Assembly (NCBI GenBank): GCA_000092065.1
Contig: CP000583.1
Source: Ostreococcus lucimarinus
Lineage: Eukaryota
Length of the DNA stretch: 64,000 bases
Strand: one strand, 5' to 3'
In this document: piece after piece, positions 51,191-59,804 of the stretch
Numbering within the stretch: the stretch's first letter is position 1
How the letters are laid out: every line of letters starts with the position of its first letter
Made by a program: the position numbers and the translations under genes
Notes under the pieces: model-generated
What the model was told of the DNA's origin: nothing
The model's database searches: none
Seen by the model: only the letters and a program-made list of their open reading frames with translations

Positions 51191-53194
51191 GCGCTGATGC
51201 CGGCGGTGAAGCGAATCGTGGAGGGCGTCTCGGGCGTGCCGGCGAACGCGCAGCGGTTGCTGTGTCGAGGACGCGTGCTCGCGGACGAAGCGTCGATGGA
51301 GAGCGCGCGAGTGGAGGATGGAGACACGCTGCTGCTGGTGACGCGAGCGCCGGAGACGGAGGCGAATCCGAATTTGGCGAGGGATCCGCACGCGCCGGAA
51401 AACGCGGAAGCTCGCGGAAACGGACGAGGCGAGGGGACGATCGGGGACTTGTCGCAGATGATAACGTCGTTACTCACGGCGAATCCAGCGATGTTAGGGG
51501 CGGTAGGACCGGCGGGGGGGGCGGTGACCGTGGAGTTTAGCATCGGCGGACCGCCGATGGGGGGCGGGGGGGCGCGAGCTCCGGCGGCGGGTCAACGCCG
51601 CGAAGAGCGGGCGGCGGGCCGGGGTGGGCGTGGACAACCCACGAACGCCACGGCGACGACGGCGGTGCAGCAAAACACGCCCGAAGAGACCTTGCGTAGA
51701 TATCTGCAGAACGTTTTACGGTTGTTGCGCGGTTTACAAGTGCGCTCGACGCCGTTGTCCACGCCGGGTGATGGAAACTCGGTCGCGAGCGAGGACGCAT
51801 CTCGGACGATAGAGCAGCGTCCCATACATTTTGGCGTGCAATGCGATGCGTGTGAGGTTATTCCCGTCCGAGGGACGCGGTACAAGAGCGTGGCTCACGA
51901 CGATTACGATCTGTGCGAGCGTTGTTTCTTCGCTGGTCGAGGCGCCGCGTGCGGACCGTACGCGAAGCTCGACTTGCCGTTGCCGGCTGGTTTACCCCCA
52001 GTCGTTCAAAACGACGATGAAACGGACATGAATCAAGGCACAACACGTGAACAACGCAGTGAAGCCGATGTGGATACTCTCGGTGGCATGTTGAGCACGG
52101 CGGGAGAGATCGCTCGTCAAGCCGCACCGCTCATCGATGTCGTCGCGGCGAGATTCGCTCGAGACAGTAGGCAAAACACAGTCGAGACGCAGGCCGCGAA
52201 CTTGCAAGTCGCCAGTCTAATGCATTCAGTCGGCGCGCTTTGGTGTGAGCTCGCGCGATGCATGGCTGTCGTGCCACCGCCTCCAGGCGTCATGACACCA
52301 CAGGGTGCCGCGATCGCCGGCGACGACATCAACAACGCCCAAAGTTTTTTTAGCTATCCGCAGGTATCTTACATCGCTAATTCAGGTGAGTTTCCGCACA
52401 CTCGACCGCCTGGGATGCCATTGCATACCCAAGACGGCCTTTTTGTGCAAGGAAACCCTCAAGCTCAGGCTGTGAGACCTGTAGGCGTCATGCATGTCAT
52501 GCACCAGGTGCATGGATTGCAGCAAGGCTTGGAAGGTTTGCCGCCAGAGCTTCGCGAACTGCTGATGCGTCAGGCGGCGCAAGCTACACCAGCGCCAGGT
52601 ACTAATCCTGCCGCCTCTGCCGCTACGACTGAGGCGCAGCAACCGCCGCCGCCTTCTCAAATGGTCAACCCGCACGGTCGTCGGCAAGCGCAAGCGCAGT
52701 CTTCACAGAGAGCGTTGAGTCGATTTTTGGGATCTGTACTTAGGGCAATTCCGAGTCCGAGCTTCATGACGTCGCAAGCTGATCACACCATCGACGCGAC
52801 GACACAAAGCGGCGGTATTCAAATCCCTACCGTCCCCGCGCATCGGGATTCAACGACTCTCGCGCATGATTTGAACTCTGCGGTGACGGGCGCGGCGGGT
52901 CAACGCCCTCCAGTGGCGCCGAGTCAACCCGTCGGCACGGTCCCAACGAGCGCGACGAGCGCAAACGACAGCATTTCTCGCTCTGGACAAAACGAAACGC
53001 CGAATCGCGCTCGAACGCGTGGTGATTCCAAGGAGGAGGACGCCAATGGGCGCGCGGCAAAGGCGTCCAACACTGGGAACGGCATGTCTCCCGCCGCGAG
53101 CGCCGCTCACCTCGCGAGAGATCAAGCGACGAAATCGAACTTAGGAGCGAGCACTTCGCACGTCACTCGAAATGAGGAAGACGACAAAGAATAA
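51191..53194 (+). CDS. Ubiquitin-like/ZZ-finger protein, exon 2 (second half of the UBL, ZZ-type zinc finger, long Gln/Pro/Ala-rich disordered region).
   Basis: After the 176-nt intron 51015-51190 (branch-like GACTGAC, acceptor GATCGCAG) the frame continues ALMPAVKRIVEGVSGVPANAQRLLCRGRVLADEASMESARVEDGDTLLLV, completing a ubiquitin-like fold. The ZZ finger is HFGVQCDACEVIPVRGTRYKSVAHDDYDLCERCFFAG. Confidence 0.65.
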   Translation, partial: ALMPAVKRIVEGVSGVPANAQRLLCRGRVLADEASMESARVEDGDTLLLVTRAPETEANPNLARDPHAPENAEARGNGRGEGTIGDLSQMITSLLTANPAMLGAVGPAGGAVTVEFSIGGPPMGGGGARAPAAGQRREERAAGRGGRGQPTNATATTAVQQNTPEETLRRYLQNVLRLLRGLQVRSTPLSTPGDGNSVASEDASRTIEQRPIHFGVQCDACEVIPVRGTRYKSVAHDDYDLCERCFFAGRGAACGPYAKLDLPLPAGLPPVVQNDDETDMNQGTTREQRSEADVDTLGGMLSTAGEIARQAAPLIDVVAARFARDSRQNTVETQAANLQVASLMHSVGALWCELARCMAVVPPPPGVMTPQGAAIAGDDINNAQSFFSYPQVSYIANSGEFPHTRPPGMPLHTQDGLFVQGNPQAQAVRPVGVMHVMHQVHGLQQGLEGLPPELRELLMRQAAQATPAPGTNPAASAATTEAQQPPPPSQMVNPHGRRQAQAQSSQRALSRFLGSVLRAIPSPSFMTSQADHTIDATTQSGGIQIPTVPAHRDSTTLAHDLNSAVTGAAGQRPPVAPSQPVGTVPTSATSANDSISRSGQNETPNRARTRGDSKEEDANGRAAKASNTGNGMSPAASAAHLARDQATKSNLGASTSHVTRNEEDDKE

Positions 53195-53260
53195 TTGATT
53201 GATGATGAGTGCACCAGTGATTGCGACGCCGATTGATTTGTAAAACAAATTTGCGAACAT

Positions 53261-54373
53261 TTACATGGATATTCTCCCGCGCCGTCCCCTTGTGCGCAGC
53301 ATCGCGAGCGCTAACGCTCCGACGGCCGCGCCTCCGAGATGACCAGCGTGCGCCACACCAGACCCACGCGAATCTTGAATGCCCACGATATCTCTCATGA
53401 GGAATAAACCTCCTAGTAGTATGCTAGGCACTGGTACGATCGCGTAAAGGTAAATCGTCCGCAGTGGGTAAAGCAACACCTCGAACGCCACGATCGCGTT
53501 CACCGCCCCGCTCGCTCCGAGAGCGGCGGGAGTGAAGTAATACCCTCGCTTCGCACCGCTATCTTCTACGAACCTAGCGACGTACGCGTCGAGACGGTCG
53601 AAGAAGTTCCCTCGGCCCTCCTTGTACCGCTCCATTCGTTTGCGTCGTTGCCTCGCGCACCACGCCACGTGCGCGGCCGAAGCCCCGACGCCCCCGACGC
53701 AATACAGCGTGAGCAAATACCGACCTCCGAATCGCTCGCACACGCTTCGCCCGAAAAAGTACAGCGCGATCATGTTCATTCCCAGATGCGTCAAATCAAA
53801 ATGAGAAAACGCCGAAGTCAACATCGTGTGCCATCGCCCGTGCGCGAGCGCCTCCTCGCTCACCATGAAATTCTTCCGCATGAACCGCCCGTCCTCGGTC
53901 GTGGCCCAGGCGTAATACACCGCCCCATTCAGTCCTATCAGCGCCCACAGCGCGCGATCGCCGTCCGCGGATCCACCGAGCGCGTCCCAACCGCGTCCCG
54001 GCGGCGGCGCGCCGCGGTACGCGCGTCTCGTCCCGTCCCACCCCCCGGTCCTCCCCGCCTCCCTTCGCGCGCCTTCGAACAGCGACGACGACGCGTGGGA
54101 CGCGCGCGCGGACGTCGCCGTCGTCGCCGTCGCCATCGCGCGTCCCGCGGCCGTCGTCGCGCGCGGCCGTCGTCCAGTCATCGTCTCCGTCTCAACCACC
54201 CTCGCGCCCGCGCGCGCGCCCGCGCGCGCCACCTCGCGCGCGACGCGCGTCGCCGTCGACGCGCGCATGATTTTAGACGACCGCGCGCTCGAGCGAGCGA
54301 ACGCGCGCGCGCGCGAGCGACGGACGCGTCGTGAAGTCGCACTACAAATCATCCGCGTCGAGCTAAAATACAT
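53261..54373 (-). CDS. Rhomboid intramembrane serine protease (mitochondrial PARL-like, long presequence-like N-terminus).
   Basis: LTHLGMNMIALYFFG, GASGAVNAIVAFE (catalytic Ser) and HAGHLGGAAVG (catalytic His) are present. ATG verified at 54373. Confidence 0.8.
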   Translation of the reverse strand: MYFSSTRMICSATSRRVRRSRARAFARSSARSSKIMRASTATRVAREVARAGARAGARVVETETMTGRRPRATTAAGRAMATATTATSARASHASSSLFEGARREAGRTGGWDGTRRAYRGAPPPGRGWDALGGSADGDRALWALIGLNGAVYYAWATTEDGRFMRKNFMVSEEALAHGRWHTMLTSAFSHFDLTHLGMNMIALYFFGRSVCERFGGRYLLTLYCVGGVGASAAHVAWCARQRRKRMERYKEGRGNFFDRLDAYVARFVEDSGAKRGYYFTPAALGASGAVNAIVAFEVLLYPLRTIYLYAIVPVPSILLGGLFLMRDIVGIQDSRGSGVAHAGHLGGAAVGALALAMLRTRGRRGRISM

Positions 54374-54424
54374 CCCAGCCTCCCTCGCCTCGCCTCGCGC
54401 GCCTCGCGCGCCGCGCCGCGCGCG

Positions 54425-54472
54425 CTACAAGAACTTCTTCCTCGGTCGTCCGTACCGATCGTCGTTCGCGTC
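54425..54472 (-). CDS. Small single-TM protein, exon 2 (DANDDRYGRPRKKFL-stop).
   Basis: It follows the putative 160-nt intron 54473-54632 (branch-like GACTGAC, acceptor GATCGCAG). Unspliced read-through gives only an Arg-rich junk tail. Confidence 0.35.
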   Translation of the reverse strand, partial: DANDDRYGRPRKKFL

Positions 54473-54632
54473 CTGCGATCGTCGTCGTCGTCGTCAGTCG
54501 TCGGTCGATTCGATTTAGGTTCGTTCGATCCCTCGCCCGTTCGCCGCGTCGCGCCCGCGCGCGCGCGTCGCCCCCGCGCGCGCGCCGCCCGCGCGCGCGC
54601 ACGCCTCGCGTCGCCTCGCGTCGCGCACGCAC

Positions 54633-54806
54633 GAAATCCCTGACGGCGCCGCGATAGATGAGCGCCGGGACGAAGACGCCGAAGACGGCGAAGAGCCCGA
54701 TCGTTCGCGGCGTCAGGCGGAACGCGCGCTCGATCGTCTCGCGCGCCGCGCCGTTGGCCTCGATGAAGGCGTTGGGCTTGAGCCCGGTGGGGTCGGCGCC
54801 GGCCAT
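54633..54806 (-). CDS. Small single-TM protein (about 73 aa once spliced), exon 1; it resembles small mitochondrial respiratory-complex subunits, but that is unassigned.
   Basis: MAGADPTGLKPNAFIEANGAARETIERAFRLTPRTIGLFAVFGVFVPALIYRGAVRDF. The exon ends at TTC|GTGCGT. ATG verified at 54806. Confidence 0.35.
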
Positions 54807-55262
54807 CGCGCGCGACGGCGACGCGACGACGCGCGGGGGTGTGCGAGCGCCAGAGCGGGACGCGGCGGGGACGACGGGACGACGGCGCCCGCGGACGCGA
54901 TCGCGCCCGCGCGTCGGCGACGAGACGACGCGCGCGGACGTCGGCGACGACGCGACGCGCGCGGACCCGCGCGCGGGCGCGACGCGACGACGCGGGGGGG
55001 AGAGGATTCGGCGTCGGGATTCGGGACGGGGACGTTCGCGTCGCCGAACGGCGTCGACGCGCCGGGCGACGGCGACGCGGGCGCGGAGAATAAGAGTTTG
55101 AGCTCGCTCGGGGTGTCGCCGGGAGATCTGGCGCGGCGCGCGGTGAAGGCGCGCGGCGAGGGGGACGGCGGCGCGCGAGGGACGGCGACGACGCGACGAG
55201 ACGAGACGAGGGCGCGCGAACGCGAGCGCGAACGCGAGCGCGACGAGGGAGACGCGAGCGCG

Positions 55263-56396
55263 ATGGAGTCGGACGCGACGAGGACGCGCGACGAGGACGC
55301 GGGCGCGATGCCGAGGACGATGCGAGAGGCGCTCGGGGAGTGGCGGGGCGAGTTGGAGGCGGCGGAGGCGGCGTTTTTGGCGATTCACGCGTTGATGCTG
55401 GATTCGGGGGCGAAGACCGCGGGAGAGATTGAATTGCGCGATGGACTCGCGCGGCGAGGGTGTTACTCGGCGCGCTATGCCGTCGGAGCGCGCGGGAGAG
55501 AGGATACGGTGACGTGCTCGGTGCGCGCGCAGCCGGTGGAGTCGCGACTGTCGGTGTTCGGGACGCTGGAATCGGACGCGGGATCGGCTGGCGTCGCGTA
55601 CGCGACGCTGATTCAAGCCAGCGATTACGTGGACGAGGGGGGGTCGATCACGCCCGAGGGTTGTCGCGCGCTGTGGGCGAAAGTGAAAGAAGCGATGACT
55701 ACGAAGCTCTTCGAAGCGGCCGAGGCGCAGTTGGCGGGGATCCTTTCGCCCGGCACGCTCATGTCTCTTCCCACGGACGTCAAACGTAGAATCGCCGAAA
55801 ATCTAGACGCGTACGGGTTGGCTTACTGCGCGTGCACGTGCAAAGAACTCCGCGCGGTGTGCTCGGACGACGAGCTTTGGACGCGGCTTTTACAGACGGA
55901 TTTCGACGTGCCTCCGATGCCAACTGGAATTTCTTCTCGCTCGTTGTACAACAAGCACGCGATGCGTAGATCGGCCGAGCGAGAGGAACGATTACGGATG
56001 GAGTCTTACCATCCGATGCCTGGTCGTTTGCCGCGTCATGGCTTCATGCCCGATCCCGATCGCGACATTTACGCCGGAATTCCCGGCCACGTGCCCGGCA
56101 TCATCGGCGGCGATTACGATTTGTGGCCCGGCGGTCTCAACCCGAATCCGCCGCCGCGCCCGATCCCTGGTTACGGTAGAGGAGGATTAGGTGGACCCGG
56201 ACGACCGAGAGGAGGCTGGCCCGGCGGAGGGCCTCCTTTCCCGCCGCAACCGGGCGGGTTGCCTTACAATCCCGATCCCGACGCCGATTTGCGAAACCCT
56301 CCCGACATTCCCGGGCGAGGCCGAGGCGGATTCCCGAGCATGCCTCCCAATCCGGGATGGGACGGACGACCACGACCGCCGCCTGATTTCTTTTAG
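55263..56396 (+). CDS. F-box-like protein with a Pro/Gly/Arg-rich (RGG/PPG) C-terminus.
   Basis: RRIAENLDAYGLAYCACTCKELRAVCSDDELWTRLLQTDF is F-box-like. The track start at 55098 is TTG; first ATG at 55263 (MESDATR...). Confidence 0.5.
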   Translation: MESDATRTRDEDAGAMPRTMREALGEWRGELEAAEAAFLAIHALMLDSGAKTAGEIELRDGLARRGCYSARYAVGARGREDTVTCSVRAQPVESRLSVFGTLESDAGSAGVAYATLIQASDYVDEGGSITPEGCRALWAKVKEAMTTKLFEAAEAQLAGILSPGTLMSLPTDVKRRIAENLDAYGLAYCACTCKELRAVCSDDELWTRLLQTDFDVPPMPTGISSRSLYNKHAMRRSAEREERLRMESYHPMPGRLPRHGFMPDPDRDIYAGIPGHVPGIIGGDYDLWPGGLNPNPPPRPIPGYGRGGLGGPGRPRGGWPGGGPPFPPQPGGLPYNPDPDADLRNPPDIPGRGRGGFPSMPPNPGWDGRPRPPPDFF

Positions 56397-56520
56397 CTCC
56401 CTTTTAGCGGTCAGATTTAGCGAAACGAGATCGATTTGAATGTATAAAACAGTTGCCGCTTTTGCTTGCATTTAAAGCCGCGTTCGTGTCGTGGTATCGA
56501 ATTCGAATTTTTAGTCGGGA

Positions 56521-56606
56521 CGCTATGGTTCTACTTGTTTTTCTTTTTTCGTAAAGCATCGGCCGCTATGGTTCTAGTTGTTTTTCTTTTTTCGTAAAGC
56601 ATCGGC
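56521..56606. repeat. Tandem duplication, 2 x 43 bp with one mismatch (CGCTATGGTTCTACTTGTTTTTCTTTTTTCGTAAAGCATCGGC), in the convergent 3' intergenic spacer.
   Basis: Direct reading. It lies between the stops of the F-box-like gene (56396) and the minus-strand coiled-coil gene (56574), overlapping the latter's stop region. Confidence 0.85.
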
Positions 56607-57314
56607 GCGCAGGTAACGCGCCTCGCGTCGCACGCGATCGAGAAGTATGTCCAACCGAGCGAGCTGCCGCTTTTCGTTCGCGATTGATTGGTTCACCCGT
56701 TCGCGAGCGTTCGTGAGGTCTGAAATCGACTCTTTGCTGCATTCCTGCATCTCCATCAGGTCTCTCTCGAGCAATCGAACGAAATCCGCGTCGAGCGACG
56801 ACGGTATCGCCGCCGCGGAGTCCTCGACCTCCGCCGCCGCCGCGCTCGCGGGGGCCTCCGCCGCCGTCTCCGCCGCCGTCTCCGCCGCCGTCTCCGCCGC
56901 CGCCTCCTCGACCGCCTCCTCGACCGCCGGCTTCTCCGCCGATTTCTTCTCCGCCGATTTCGCCTTCATCGCTCGCTCCGCCTTCACGCGCTCCATGATC
57001 AGCGCCACCTCCGAGTCGATCTTTTCCTTCTCGCGCGCCCGCTCCGCGCGCTGCCGCGCCTGCGCCCCCGCCAGCGCCTCCCGAAACGCGTCGTTGAAGT
57101 ACGGCGAGTCCTCAGCCGCGGCGACTAAATCCTCGATGTCCTCTCCCGCCGCCTCCGCCGCGCGCGGTCGCCCGTCGTCGTCGTCCCGCGCGTCGAAGAC
57201 GCCGTCGAAGAGGTCCCCCGCGCGTCGCCGCGGCGTCCTCGCGCGCGCGCGCGCGCGCCTCGCGCCCGGCGCGCGCGCGACCGCGACGCGCGGCGCGCGC
57301 GACGTCGCCCGCAT
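56574..57314 (-). CDS. Hypothetical coiled-coil protein (Ala/Glu-rich repeats AAETAAETAAE).
   Basis: ORF with ATG verified at 57314 (MRATSRAPR...). The C-terminal half is charged and coiled (ERAREKEKIDSEVALIMERVKAERAMKAKSAEKK...). Confidence 0.4.
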   Translation of the reverse strand: MRATSRAPRVAVARAPGARRARARARTPRRRAGDLFDGVFDARDDDDGRPRAAEAAGEDIEDLVAAAEDSPYFNDAFREALAGAQARQRAERAREKEKIDSEVALIMERVKAERAMKAKSAEKKSAEKPAVEEAVEEAAAETAAETAAETAAEAPASAAAAEVEDSAAAIPSSLDADFVRLLERDLMEMQECSKESISDLTNARERVNQSIANEKRQLARLDILLDRVRREARYLRADALRKKKNN

Positions 57315-57394
57315 GTCCTCGCCGCGCCGCGCGCGCGGTGTCGGCGCGCGCGCGAGTGAAGGCGCGACCGGCGGTCGGTCGGACGCGGCGGCGA

Positions 57395-58321
57395 ATGTTC
57401 CGCACACCGCGACGCGCGCGAGCGACGCGCGCGGCGGCGATGGCGCGACGCGCGCGCGGGACGCGACGCGAGCGATTCGCGCGCGCGTGCGCGGCGCTGG
57501 CGCTGGCGACGACGCGCGCGGCGCGCGCGTCGACGCCCGAACGCGACGCGAGCGAGTGTCAGTGCCTGAGCATTCACGACCCGCGGTTCGTGTGCGCGCC
57601 GCGCGCGCACGCGGGAGCGCTGCCGACGGAGACGGCGCGACGAGTGCTCGAACAGGCGATAAAACGCGGCGACGCGCACGGCTGGGAGCGGACGAGGCTG
57701 AGGCACGCGTACCTGGACGAGACGTACGAGGTGAAGGTGAGCGACTTGCCGGAGACGACGAGAAACGAGGTTCGAAGCGCGTACGAAAAGTACTTCATAC
57801 CGCTCGCGCGCGAGCAGTGCATGGTGGATGATCACTTTAAGTTTGAGGATGAGGAGTTTTTCGTGGTGAAGTACGACGCGAAGGGAGATTTTAAGAGCGC
57901 GGCGACGCACGTCGACGGGAAACACTTGAGCTTCGTGGCGTCGCTAAACAACGTCACGGAATACTCGGGCGGGGGGAATAATTTCGAGGGAATGTCGTTT
58001 TCTGTCCCACACGGTGGCGTGCATAAGTTGGACGATCACGTCGTGCCCGCGCAGCCGATCGGGAGCGTCGTCGTGCACGGCTCGCAGCTGGAGCATAGTT
58101 CGTTTGACGTCACCTCGGGACAGCGATACGTGCTCGTCGTCGAGGCGCACGTGAATAAGTCGTGTTGCTTTGATTTCACCACATTCATGAACAAATTCGT
58201 CACGAGATTGCTCATCGTCATTTTTGCCGTCATCGCCGTCATGGGTGGCGTCGTGGACTACATGCAAAAGAGCATTCAAAAAGCGCGCAACGGCGGCGTC
58301 GCGCACGAAAAGGTGTGGTAA
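57395..58321 (+). CDS. 2-oxoglutarate/Fe(II)-dependent dioxygenase, prolyl-4-hydroxylase-like, with an N-terminal signal-like segment and a C-terminal TM anchor.
   Basis: HxD...H facial triad context (ATHVDGKHLSFVASL...VVVHGSQLEHSSFDVTSGQRYVLVVEAH). The C-terminal hydrophobic segment is LLIVIFAVIAVMGGVV. The track start is GTG; ATGs at 57395 and 57440. Confidence 0.65.
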   Translation: MFRTPRRARATRAAAMARRARGTRRERFARACAALALATTRAARASTPERDASECQCLSIHDPRFVCAPRAHAGALPTETARRVLEQAIKRGDAHGWERTRLRHAYLDETYEVKVSDLPETTRNEVRSAYEKYFIPLAREQCMVDDHFKFEDEEFFVVKYDAKGDFKSAATHVDGKHLSFVASLNNVTEYSGGGNNFEGMSFSVPHGGVHKLDDHVVPAQPIGSVVVHGSQLEHSSFDVTSGQRYVLVVEAHVNKSCCFDFTTFMNKFVTRLLIVIFAVIAVMGGVVDYMQKSIQKARNGGVAHEKVW

Positions 58322-58499
58322 CTCAGCGTGGGACGGACTCGAGCCATGCGATTCCATAATTAATATTACATAGCTTTTCTTTTTTCGAATCATCGTGCGT
58401 AGAATCGACATCGCCTCGCCGCGGCTCGGTGAAAGTCGCGTCTATCCGCGTCGTCTGCGTCTGCGTCTGTTAACGTCACACACGCGCGCGTCTTTAGTC

Positions 58500-59765
58500 A
58501 TGGACCCCGATGGGCAACCTAGCGCGGACGCGGGTCCGTCAAAGTCTCCGCGTTCGCCTCGTCCGCGCGGCGCGACGATCGGCGACGACGCGAGCTGGCG
58601 TTTGGACGCGCACGAACTCAGTTCGAGAATGGCGCGTACGCCCTCGCAAGCCGACGTCCCGAACGGCGAAAGACCGTCCGTAAGCGCGTCCGCGAACGTT
58701 AACGGTACCGCGACGACGCTGCGTCGCCGGTCGGCGCCGCGACACGCCGCGGCGGAGGCGAAACAAGTGGCTGGATACTACAAGAAGCAAAACCAACTCG
58801 TCGAGCAGTTTCACGAGTTGGAAAGTTTCCTCGAACGCACGAGTGGAAGAAGCGACGAAGAGTCGCGTGGGAAGACGGAAGCGGAAGAAAACGAGGAAAG
58901 AAGAACGCAAATTGCGCTCCAAGTGTCGTTCTATGCGAATATCGTGCTGCTCGGGGTAAAATTGTTCGCCGCTATTAGCAGTGGGTCCCTGAGCATCATC
59001 ACGAGCGCGTTGGATAGTTTTTTAGATTTGGTGAGCGGTTTGATTTTGTTCATGACGGATAAGACCATTCGAAAGCAAAATAAGTACCTGTATCCGATCG
59101 GCAAGAGTCGAATGCAGCCTTTGGGGATCATCGTGTTCAGTTGCATCATGGGCACGCTCGGCTTCCAGGTGCTCATTGAAGGCATTCGGCAGCTCATCGG
59201 CGACGAACACACGCATCACCTGGAGCATTTAGTACTCACGATTGGGATCATGTGCGGAGTCATTGTGCTGAAGTTTTTTCTTTTTTTGTTCTGCCGCAAC
59301 AGCACGTCTAGTTCAGTTCAGACGTACGCGCAAGACCATAGAAATGACGTCGCGACGAACAGCATCGGGTTAGCCGCCGCGCTCGTGGGCGATAGGGTGT
59401 ACTATTGGGTCGATCCTTTAGGGGCTATTTTGCTCGCAATCTACATCGTCATCAACTGGAGTCAAACGGCTATGGAGAATATACGCTCGATGGTCGGTAT
59501 GAGCGCCCCTCCAGAGTTTTTAGCGTCGTTGACGTACCTGGCGTGGAACCACCATCCAGACATCGTGCTCATCGACACCATTCGAGCGTACACGTTTGGG
59601 CCGAAATACTTTGTCGAAGTCGACATCGTGCTCGAGGAAGATATGCCATTGAGACGCGCGCACGACATAGGAGAGCAATTACAAAACCGCATCGAGCGAC
59701 TGGAAGACGTCGAGCGAGCTTTCGTTCATCTTGATTTTGAAAGCGAACACGCGCCCGAGCACTAG
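58500..59765 (+). CDS. Cation diffusion facilitator (CDF/MTP) metal efflux transporter.
   Basis: ANIVLLGVKLFAAISSGSLSIITSALDSFLDLVSG (TM2 HxxxD-type region), a six-TM core and a C-terminal cytoplasmic domain (IVLIDTIRAYTFGPKYFVEVDIVL). ATG verified at 58500. Confidence 0.85.
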   Translation: MDPDGQPSADAGPSKSPRSPRPRGATIGDDASWRLDAHELSSRMARTPSQADVPNGERPSVSASANVNGTATTLRRRSAPRHAAAEAKQVAGYYKKQNQLVEQFHELESFLERTSGRSDEESRGKTEAEENEERRTQIALQVSFYANIVLLGVKLFAAISSGSLSIITSALDSFLDLVSGLILFMTDKTIRKQNKYLYPIGKSRMQPLGIIVFSCIMGTLGFQVLIEGIRQLIGDEHTHHLEHLVLTIGIMCGVIVLKFFLFLFCRNSTSSSVQTYAQDHRNDVATNSIGLAAALVGDRVYYWVDPLGAILLAIYIVINWSQTAMENIRSMVGMSAPPEFLASLTYLAWNHHPDIVLIDTIRAYTFGPKYFVEVDIVLEEDMPLRRAHDIGEQLQNRIERLEDVERAFVHLDFESEHAPEH

Positions 59766-59804
59766 AAAGGTTGTACACAAATTTCAATTCACATTAAATG
59801 TTGA

